The notes beneath the pieces were generated by a model. It was not told the DNA's origin. It saw nothing but the letters and a program-made list of their open reading frames with translations, and made no database searches. Made by a program: the position numbers and the translations under genes. 64,000 bases of DNA from positions 81,034,001-81,098,000 of the forward strand of contig OX597820.1 of the NCBI GenBank assembly GCA_951406725.2, written 5' to 3'. Every line of letters begins with the position of its first letter. The stretch's first letter is position 1. The stretch is from Octopus vulgaris (taxonomy: Eukaryota). Below, one piece after another: positions 26,845-37,109 of the stretch.

Positions 26845-27278
26845 CTAAAATTAGAAATGAACAAAAATTAAGCGTAAGTTTTTATAACTGTAAGGAATAC
26901 ATTTTAAACTGTAATTTATTTGAAATTATTTAAAAACAAATAGGCTGCATTAATTAGTGAGCAAACTTCAAATGTGACACAATAAAAAAGAAATAACTCA
27001 TTGACACAACATTAGTTCAACAAACAACAACCATAATTTTTGGAGAGTCTATATAAAAAAATTTCTTGACACAAGTAATCAAAATAGATATATTCAATGA
27101 ACCTTCCAATATTTACATGTTGTTATTTCTAGCTTTATGTACTTCACAATACACCATTCCAAAATAGATTACATGTAATTAATTTTTCTTCACTGTTTCA
27201 CTTGGCTCAATTATTATTGATGAAAACTGGATAAGTTTGGTGTAAGAATAGTGAAAAATCAAAATCAAACATTTATAT

Positions 27279-27561
27279 GATGTTGTTGTATTTAGGAATG
27301 ATCATTTTGCCAGTTTAGCCAATAAAAACACACGCACTATATATTTGGTGTTAATTTGCTTCAGCGTTATTTATTTTTTTTTACATTAATCTTAATCTTA
27401 TTTCGGCCAGAGTTCTTTCGTCATACTTCTGCGACCTCATCAGTAGTCCTTTGCTTTCTTCTTTCTTATTTGTGTGTCTCTCCTTACTAATGGTTAGCCA
27501 TTTTGTATTTTGTATTATTGGCTAAACTGGTAAAATGACCATTCCTAAATACAACAACATC
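27279..27561 (-). mobile_element. Penelope pLTR-derived element with 47-bp inverted ends and a minimal hammerhead (27405-27449, minus)
   Basis: Inverted arms 27279-27325 and 27515-27561. Minus strand GGACTA-CTGATGAG-GTC...GAC-GAAAG-AA-CTC-TGGCC. Homologous to the 3' end (55215-55370) of the Penelope-like element. Confidence 0.75.
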
Positions 27562-28581
27562 TGTTTCAACACACGATTTCACATCAAGAATCTTGCAAAA
27601 CAAATATATAAACGTAATTTATATGATGAGTTTGTAGATTGAACTGTTAATATATTTTGTAGATTGAATTGTTATTTAATATATTATACTGAAATGTAGT
27701 TTGTTGTAATTGACTGTGATAAATTATTCCAAGCTGTAAAGTATTGACGGTAGCTGTAATATGATTTGTGTGGGTGTAATGCATTGTTCTGAGCTAAATA
27801 TCTATATTGATAAAAGTGTAATTCTGTCTGTCTATATCTCAGTCTACATTTGCTCTACATAGACATATTATATCTTTTTGGAATCAAAATGATCCCAAGA
27901 TTGAAAATCTGCCCTTCATTTGGTTCTTGAACATCCAGCATTGGGATCTGATTTAAAAGCATTTGGGTTGCTATTTCTAGCAGGTAAAACAACTGTGAGA
28001 GGTACAAGAATTAGCTCCCTTAGCCTTAAGTCTTGCTATGGAATTTAGTGGTTCTTTTATCTTTTTCAGTCATCAGACTGCGGCCATGCTGGGGCACTAC
28101 CTTGAAAAATTTTAATCGAACAAATCAACACCAATTCTTTCTTTTTTATGCCTGGTATTTTTTTATTGGCCTACTTTACTGAACCGCTAAGTTATGTGAA
28201 CATAAACATTATCAAGTGGTGGTGGGGGACAAATACAGACACAGTCACAACACACACACACACCCACACATACACATCTCGTATTCAAATTTTAAAAGGA
28301 CTCCAAAAGTTTGTGAAGTTACAAGTTTTTCATTTAAACTGAATTTAAAGCAATACCATATTGGTAGGGTACCAATAAATGCTTTATTATTATTGCTCTC
28401 TTAGTTTTGGGCTACAGGCCCAATTAGCCCTCCACAAGAGCTAGATTAAAAGTCCACATGGTGTGTGGCTTTTAAGCTAGTATTGCATATGTTTAAAACG
28501 TGATCAACTGTATCAAAAGATTTGTTCTATAACAAAATGAAATTATTTATGATTTTCATATTTAGTGTTGAAATACATGTA

Positions 28582-30285
28582 TAATTCTAGCTTTCTCATT
28601 TTTGTTTCTGTTCCTGTTTTTGTTCTTGTATACATTCATTTGCCTTTCCTAGAAGCTTAATGTTTTTAGCTTAAGTCTCTGACACTTGCAGGATTTGAGT
28701 AGACTTGGAGATAAGGGGGCGAAACTACAAGGACTTTCTGGACTCCAACTGATGAGGAAATCAGCTGCGAATGATTTATGTATTTTGTTTTTGTCCTGTT
28801 TGCCATTTGACATGCTATCATCTATTTTTCAGCATGTTGTGTTTTGTTGGTTTCTGTTTGTTGCATTCTTTCTGTCCTACCTTTGATTTATCCATGCAGC
28901 ACTCCATACAACCTGTTGTTTACTTTGTTAAAAAAAGATATCCCTTGAATATTATGTATGACTCTCACTCTCTCTTCCTCACTTTCTCCCTTATTCCTTC
29001 CTTCTCTCTCTCTCTCTCTGTCTCTCTTTCTTTCTCTCTATTCCCATCCCTCTCATTCCTCAGTCCCTCTGATTTCATTTTCCCCTCTATTGTATTCCTC
29101 AATCCCTTTTCCTCCCTCCTGCTTATTCTTCAATCCTTTTGCTTTCCTTTCTCACTTACCTTCCTTGTACCTTTTTCTCTCTCTCTCTGCCTCTATCTAT
29201 CCCCCTCTCTCTCATTCTTTAGTTGCTCTGATTTCTTTCCCCTCTCTCCTATTCCTTAGTCCCTCTGTCCTCTTTAACTCCTTCCATCTCCTACCATGTG
29301 ATTGTTGTCTGGCTAAGGCACTGTCATCCTTTTTTGATGAGCCACCTTTCAAACTGGTCATGTTCATCTGTGTGTTAAGATTTTCCATTTTTCCTTTGCG
29401 CCAGCTTACTACATTCATCTGATAGTCAAAGGACCCTTTTTGTTATCTATTTATGTTGTAATTGTACAATTATTTTCCTTTTGCTGTATAGTCGAAAAGC
29501 ATTTGTTCATTGTGTATGTATAATTCTATTTCTACTGCACTTGTATTATTATTAAAAAATGAAATGGACATTGTAGTTGTGATACCTGTGCCAGTGGCAC
29601 ATTAAAAGCACCATCCGTACGTGGCCGATACCAGCGCCGCCTTGACTGGCTTCCGTGCCAGTGGTACATAAAAAGCACCCACTAAACTCACAGAGTGGTT
29701 GGCATTAGGAAGGTCATCCAGCTGTAGAAACATTGCCAGATCAGACTGGAGCCTGGTGCAGCCTTCTGGCTTCCCAGACCCTGGTCAAACCGTCCAACCC
29801 ATGCTAGCATGGAAAATGGACGTTAAATGACGATGATGATGATGATGATGATGAATGTTATGTTTGTCTGATAGTTGAAAGACTCTTTCTGTTATTTATT
29901 CATATGTATTCATATATGTACAAAAATGTTTTTACTTCTATTGTATAGCCGAAATTCTAGCTTTCTTGTTTTTGTTTCTGCTCCTGTTTTCCTTCCTGTA
30001 TACATTTATGTGCATTTCCCAGAGGCTTAATGGTTTTAGCTTAAGTCCCTGGCACCTGCTGGATTTGAGTAGTCTTGGAGATAAAAGGGCAAAACTACAA
30101 GCACGTTCCAGTCTCTGACTGATGAGGAAATCGGCTGTGGATGATCTGTGTATCTTGTTTTTGTCATGCTATCATCTATTTTTCTGCATGTTGTGTTTTG
30201 TTGGTTTCCGTTTGTTGTGTTCTTTCTGTCCTACCTTTGATTTATCCATGTGACACTCTGTACAACCCGTTGTTTACTTTGTTGG
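28582..30285 (+). repeat. Pair of ~340-bp direct repeats (28582-28935 and 29953-30285) around a CT-rich tract and an RTE UTR
   Basis: AATTCTAGCTTTCT...TTAAGTC...GGATTTGAGTAG...CTGATGAGGAAATC...CTACCTTTGATTTATCCATG occurs in both copies, offset 1370 bp. Confidence 0.85.
29560..29853 (+). mobile_element. RTE LINE 3'UTR copy
   Basis: Conserved body and (GAT)n tail. Confidence 0.85.
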
Positions 30286-31093
30286 AACAAGATTATTGGT
30301 TACAAGTAGATTTATATATAGTTAACACTTGATAATAGTTTTAAAAAAAAAGCACTTAAAGATTGGTTACAACTAGTAGGTTAAAATATGATTACTGATT
30401 AAAACAGAATGCTGCTAAAACTAGATTAATGGTAAAAACAAGATTAACACAGGATTACTTGTTAAATCAAGAAAACTGGCAAAAAAAAAGGACTACTGAT
30501 TAAAATGAGATTCATAGTGAAAGCAAGATTAATACTCAAAACAAGATAATGATTGATACAAAATTAGTGGTTAACACAGGATTACTGATTAAATCAGGAT
30601 TACTGGTTTAAAAATGGATTACTAGTTAAAGTATAATGAATTTTTATCTTGTACAGCAAATGAATCCAGAGTTATATCTTTTCAAAACATCTTTTCCAGC
30701 TGACTAACAGACTTTGGCAAACAGACTTTATTATGCAGTACTGTTACTACATATTTCTTGCTCAGAGATTTAAAACTAATTTTCTCTTTATGAGATCAGT
30801 GATTGCATATCACTGATCTCATAAAGGTTTCAGGGTTCAGTCCCACTGCGTGGCATTTTTGTAATTAGTTTTTTCAAGGCTGGTCCTTATTGTATCAGTC
30901 TCTTTCACTGAACCATTAAATCCAAGTAAAAATTATTCACCCCCTTCTTTTTTCCCTCCTATCTAACTAGATAGAAAACATATATATATATATATATATA
31001 TAAAGGGAAAGTTTACGAAAATAAACAAAAGACGAAGGCAGGTGGTATACAAACAAACAAATGTATTAGTATAGCGCTCAGGAATAGAAAAAG

Positions 31094-31131
31094 TCTTTTA
31101 CGTTTCGAGCCTACGCTCTTCGACAGAAAGA
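31094..31131 (-). ncRNA. Minimal type I hammerhead-like motif (variant core)
   Basis: Minus strand TCTTT-CTGTCGA-AGAGC-GTAG-GCTC-GAAAC-GTA-AAAGA. Stem I and stem II pair; the core has CUGUCGA instead of CUGANGA. Confidence 0.55.
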
Positions 31132-31207
31132 TACACAGAAAAAAACAAGGAGACAAACAAGGAGAGAACAAAAAATGTGTGTAGTAGCTAACGATCTATC
31201 ATGGCGT

Positions 31208-31725
31208 CATATGCTTTCGGTGCAAATAGTTTTTTATACGTCACCAATTTTACAATCCTGTAAATAATAATAATGGTATTTTCATATAAGCTTAAATCTT
31301 ATGGCTATCACTATACAATGACTAAAGAAAATAGTCTAATAAAGGGACATATAAGGCCCTCGACTGAAAAAAGAAGGCATTCCTATCTGCGTGGGAGTCG
31401 AACCCACATCCCTTTGTTAAGTTGACTAAGTGTGTTACCTTTACACCAGCGAATCAGCCTCCCTTTTCCTGTCAAATTTAAGAACTACAATAGTTCGTGT
31501 TTGTTTTTTTATATGTAAACAAACTTTCTATATGCTTTCAGTGCGAATGTTTTTTTATATGGCATTGTTTTCACAAGCCTGTAAATAATAATAATGGCAT
31601 TTTTATATAAGCTTAAAGCAATCACCATGCAATGACTAAGGAAAATAGTCTAATAAAGTGGCATATGAGCCTTCGACAGAAAAAAGAAGGCTTTCCTATC
31701 CGCGTGGGAGTCGAACTTGCACCTT
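31208..31725 (-). repeat. ~320-bp tandem duplication containing a tRNA-like Pol III head
   Basis: Unit restarts at ~31530 (tatgctttc...cctgtaaataataataatgg...). Minus strand TGGTGTAAAGGTAACAC...GTGGGTTCGACTCCCAC at ~31390-31455, but no proper acceptor or anticodon stem. Confidence 0.6.
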
Positions 31726-31729
31726 TATT

Positions 31730-32346
31730 AGATTATTATAAAATCCATTCTGTGTGTGTGTGTTTGTGTGTCTTCTCGGATCTCGGGCATCTTCCATCCG
31801 ATTGTGCTCAAATTTGATATGTAGATACCCACGGTATCAGGGCATGTATAAGTCTTGAAAAAATTACAAAAATTGATTCCAGATGAGAATGCGATCGATA
31901 AAGCTGTGGGAAATTGTTTTTTCTTTGGTTGCACAAGTGACTATATGGCGCTGATAAGAGTTGTCTCCCTTAACAAGCATGCATATTTCATACAGAGTCA
32001 ATCATTTTTCTTTCTTTTTCTTTTTCAACTACTGTTGAGTGCCAAACAAATTTGCCAAACTCAATTTAGTTACCTCCCTTGTGTTCTCCCAGTCAACAGC
32101 CTTATCATTACTGGTACTTTAAACTCTTCGGTTGCATATTTGTGTGAATAAAATCGTTTTTCTTTGGAATGGAAAAAAAAGTCTATCTTTATTTCTTCTG
32201 TTGCTGGTGTCTCAAATTTAGATTAAATCAGTGTTACTCAAAGGGGAGGCCTATGGGACGGTCGGACAAGTTCTTTTGAGAAAATTTGGTTTAAATGTTT
32301 GACAACTCAGCACTGTCCATTAGACGGGGGTGGCGTTTTGCTCGTA
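31730..32346 (+). mobile_element. Possible non-autonomous Helitron
   Basis: 5' microsatellite-containing start, CCATCCGATTGTGCTCAAATTT, and a 3' GC-rich hairpin region ending GCTCGT (CTAGT-like). No TIRs seen. Confidence 0.35.
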
Positions 32347-32844
32347 TATATATAAACATGTCTATAATAATAATTATTTGAGGGAATATTAATCCTAACT
32401 TACAGGGAAAAATTCAATTTAGAAATACTAAATCAAATTTCACACAATATAATATATATATATCATCATCATCATTTAACGTCCGTTCTCCATGCTAGCA
32501 TGGGTTGGACGGTTCGACCGGGGATCTGGGAAGCCAGAAGGCTGCACCAGGCTCCAGTCTGCCTTCTGGCTTCCCAGGTCCCCAGTCAAATATATAAATT
32601 AGAAAAAAACCACCTTTTATCAATTCAAAATGAACAATTAAATTACACCATCTAGAAAATCACATATGATAGAAATATTAAAATTTAAATAACATTAATA
32701 TACCGATGATTAAGTAAATTGCAAAAAATAATAAAAACATATATAATTGGAAGAATAACGACACGTGTTTCATGGCTATATTTAAGAAATGATTATAGTA
32801 AAAAATTAATAGTAGTAGTAAAAACATATATATATATATATATA

Positions 32845-33140
32845 TCATCATCATCATCATCATCATCATTTAACATCCGCTTTCCATGCTAGCATGGGTT
32901 GGACGGTTCAACTGGGGTCTGGGAAGCCCGAAGGCTGCACCAAGCCAGTCAGATCTGGCGGTGCTTCTACAGCTGGATGCCCTTCCTAATGCCAACCACT
33001 CCGTGAGTGTAGTGAGTGCTTTTTATGTGCCACCGACACAGCTGGTGAACGGCCATGCTCGGATGGTGCTTTTTATATGCCACCGGCACAGAGTCCAGGC
33101 AAGGCTGGCAACGGCCACGATCGGATGGTCTTTGTTACGT
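32845..33140 (-). mobile_element. RTE LINE 3'UTR copy (partial copy also at 32462-32590)
   Basis: (CAT)n tail and conserved body. Confidence 0.85.
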
Positions 33141-33169
33141 ATATATGTATGTGTGTATGTGTGTATATG

Positions 33170-33271
<102 letters not shown>

Positions 33272-34043
33272 CATGTATGCATATAATCATGTTCCATGCT
33301 TGCATGGGTTGGACAAAAATGTTTTTCAGTGCCTACTGGAATCATAATCCAGACACACCATAAATTGTGCAGACATGCTAAACACTAAGGCAATTGTCAT
33401 TTTATTCATTCTTTCACTCATTCATACATTCATACATACATACATCTTTGTGTGTGTGTGTGTAATTACACACAGTTACAGAGAAAGAGAGTGAGAAATG
33501 GTAAAGTGTAATGCATAAATGAAAATCAGAAGAATTCCTTTTTTTCTTTGTTGCAGATTGCAGAAGAGATGGAAAAAGAAAGAAAAATGTTTCAGTTACA
33601 AGCATGTGAAGTAAGTATCTTTAATGACAGGATGGGCATCTGACTGTAAAGCAATGCTTTAGTAATATTTATTCGTCTGACCTTTACTACCACTGCAAAA
33701 TAGACAATATAATGAACAAAATATCAGAATGAAAATTGTATTTTTACCATTCAGCTGGTCATTATATTTCTTGACCATCCAACACTGACATCAACAGATC
33801 AGCTGTCCTCTATTATAATGACCATCACTACTGGCATTTCAAGTTTACCAGGTCACTATGTAACTGACCACTAATAACTGATATCTACTTATTGCTAATG
33901 TATATGTAATAAACCCTTAAAGAGAGAGCCCCAGGATGACCACAGTCCAATGACTGAAACAAGAAAAGGATAAAAGATAGTCCCCCAAAACATTTAGTCA
34001 TGGGACCCCTAGGCTAATTCCTGCTTTGATAGTGAAAGTGGGC

Positions 34044-34267
34044 TTAACTCTAGCATTTAATCCAGCCATTTCTGGTCCAGATATTCTCCTGGTTTTATGT
34101 TAAAACTGAGCAGATCCAATGTCTCACACCTACCTTACAAGGTCATTCTAAACAAACAACCACATCATAGAAATTGTGAAGCTATGAGAAAATGCATGAT
34201 TAATTCAAAACAATGTGAATAAATAAGGTTTACATTTGACAAAAAAATCTGAATGTTCAAGAGTTAA
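34044..34267. mobile_element. Old TTAA-flanked MITE (piggyBac-like)
   Basis: TTAACTCTAGCATT ... AATGTTCAAGAGTTAA termini. Confidence 0.45.
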
Positions 34268-34324
34268 AGTTGTATATGTGTGGCCTATTCTATCCATATC
34301 AGATACCATAAGCATCCACATAAA

Positions 34325-37109
34325 TTTTTGGAATTGCTAGCTTTCCATACTGTGTGATTTTGGCATTGCTAGCTTTCCATACTTTGTGATTTTGGCACTG
34401 ATAGCTTTCCATACTTTGTGATTTTGGCACTGATAGCTTTCCATACTTTGTGATTTTGGCATTGCTAGCCTTCCATACTTTGTGATTGTGGCACTGCTAG
34501 CACTCCATACTTTGTGATTTTGGCACTGCTAGCTTTCCATACTTTGTGATTTTGGCACTGTTAGCTTTCCATACTTTGTGATTTTGGCACTGCTGGCTTT
34601 CCATACTTTGTGATTTTGGCACTGCTAGCTTTCCATACTTTGTGATTTTGGAATTGCTGGCTTTCCATACTTTGTGATTTTGGCACCGCTGGTTTCCATA
34701 CTTTGTGATTTTGGCACTGCTGGCCTTCCATACTTTGTGATTTTGGCACCGCTGGCCTTCCATACTTTGTGATTTTGGCAAAAATTTTCGGTAAAAAATT
34801 TTTCAAAATATTTTTGGGGAAAATTTTTTGAAAATTTTCTAAAAAGTTTTGGGGAAAATTTTAGAAAAATTTTTGGGGAAAGTTTTCGAAAAATTTTTGG
34901 GGAAAGTTTTCGGTGAAAATTTTCGAAAAATTCTGGGAGAAAATTTTCGAAATATATTTTGGTAAAATTTTCAATGAAAATTTTGGAAAATCTTTGGGGA
35001 AAATTTTCGAAAAATCACAAGCACAACGGTGCCAAAATCACAAAGTATGGAAGGCCAGTGGTGCCAAAATCACAAAGTATGGAAGGCCAGCGGTGTCAAA
35101 ATCACAAAGTATGGAAGGCCAGTGGTGCCAAAATCACAATGTATGGAAGGCCAGCGGTGCCATTATCACAAAGTATGGAAGGCCAGCAGTGCCGAAATCA
35201 CAAAGTATATAAGTGATTTTGGCACTGCTGGCCTTCCATACTTTGCGAGTTTGGCACCGCTGGCCTTCCATACTTTGCGATTTTAGCACCGCTGGCCTTC
35301 TATACTTTGTGATTTTGTCACCACTGGCCTTCTCTATTTTGTGATTTTGGCACCGCTGGACTTCCATACTATGTGATTTTGTCACCGCTGGCCTTCCATA
35401 CTTTGTGATTTTGGCACCTCTGGCTTTCCATACTTTGTGATTTTGGCACCGCTGGCTTTCCATACTTTGTGATTTTGGCACAGCTGGCTTTCCATACTTT
35501 GATTTTGGCACCGCTGGCTTTTACATACTTTGTAATTTTGGCACCGCTGGCCTTCCATACATTGTGATTTTGGCAAAAATTTTCGAAAAATTTTTGGGGA
35601 AAATTTTCGGTAAATAATTTTTCAAGAAATTTTTGGGGAAAATTTTTTGGTGACAATTTTTGAAAAAGTTTTGAGGAATATTTTCGGTGAAAATTTTCAA
35701 AAAATTTTTGGGGAAAGTTTTCGAAAAATTTTTGGGGAAAGTTTTCGGTGAAAATTTTCGAAACATACTGGGAGAAAATTTTCGAAATATATTCTGGTAA
35801 AATTTTCAGTGAAGATTTTGGAAAAATTCTTGGGGAAAATTTTCGAAAAATCACAAGCACAACGGTGCCAAAATCACTAAGTATGGATGGCCAGTGGTGC
35901 CAAAATCACAAAGTATGGAAGGCCAGCGGTGTCAAAATCACAAAGTATGGAAGGCCAGTGGTGCCAAAATCACAAAGTATGGAAGGCCAGCGGTGCCATA
36001 ATCACAAAGTATGGAAGGCCAGCAGTGCCGAAATCACAAAGTATAGAAGTGATTTTGGCACTGCTGGCCTTCTATACTTTGCGAGTTTGGCACCACTGGC
36101 CTATCATACTTTGTGATTTTGGCACCACTGGCCTTCCATACTTTGTGATTTTGGCACCGCTGGACTTCCATACTATGTGATTTTGTCACTGCTGGCCTTC
36201 CATACTGTGATTTTGGCACCTCTGGCTTTCCATACTTTGTGATTTTGGCACCGCTGGCCTTCCATACATTGTGATTTTGGCATCACTGGCTTTCCATACT
36301 TTGGCACCGCTGGCCTTTACATACTTTGTGATTTTGGCACCGCTGGCCTTCCATACATTGTGATTTTGGCAAAAATTTTTTGGTGAAAATTTTTGAAAAA
36401 GTTTTGGGGAATATTTTCGGTGAAAATTTTCGAAAAATTTTTGGGGAAAGTTTTCGGTGAAAATTTTCGAAACATTCTGGGAGAAAATTTTCGAAATATA
36501 TTTTGGTAAAATTTTCAGTGAAAATTTTGGAAAAATTCTTGGGGAAAATTTTCGAAAAATCACAAGCACAACGGTGCCAAAATCACAAAGTATGGAAGGC
36601 CAGTGGTGCCAAAATCACAAAGTATGGAAGGCCAGCGGTGCCATAATCACAAAGTATGGAAGGCCAGCAGTGCCGAAATCACAAAGTATAGAAGTGATTT
36701 TGGCACTGCTGGCCTTCCATACTTTGCGAGTTTGGCACCGCTGGCCTTCCATACTTTGCGATTTTAGCACCGCTGGCCTTCCATACTTTGCGATTTTAGC
36801 ACCGCTGGCCTTCCATACTTTGCGATTTTAGCACCGCTGGCCTTCCATACTTTGCGATTTTAGCACCGCTGGCCTTCTATACTTTGTGATTTTGTCACCG
36901 CTGGCCTTCTATACTTTGTGATTTTGGCACCGCTGGACTTCCATACTATGTGATTTTGTCACCGCTGGCCTACCATACTTTGTGATTTTGGCACCTCTGG
37001 CTTTCCATACTTTGTAATTTTGGCACCGCTGGCCTTCCATACTTTGTGATTTTGGCACCGCTGGCCTTCTATACTTTGTGATTTTGGCATCGCTATCTTC
37101 CCATACTTT
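34325..37109. repeat. 32-bp satellite in alternating inverted blocks with A/T-tract spacers (three-fold higher-order repeat)
   Basis: Monomer CCATACTTTGTGATTTTGGCACCGCTGGCCTT, period 32 (e.g. 34505 to 34537). Forward blocks 34325-34780, 35213-35575, 36049-36371, 36694-37109. Spacers 34781-35010, 35576-35846, 36372-36555. Reverse blocks 35011-35201, 35847-36037, 36556-36682. Confidence 0.97.

Noticed and set aside
31385-31456. Functional tRNA gene
   Set aside because: A/B boxes and a T-arm are present, but the acceptor and anticodon stems do not pair and it sits in a duplicated repeat.
34781-36555. Ciliate-type T4G4 telomere or heat-shock element array
   Set aside because: TTTTGGGG words are isolated rather than tandem, and the GAA/TTC spacing mostly does not fit nGAAnnTTCn.
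34497-36831. ORFs of 60-163 aa as protein-coding genes
   Set aside because: They are translations of the satellite and spacer in several overlapping frames on both strands.
34325-37109. CRISPR array (32-bp repeats)
   Set aside because: Monomers are contiguous with no unique spacers, there are no cas genes, and the context is a eukaryotic intron.
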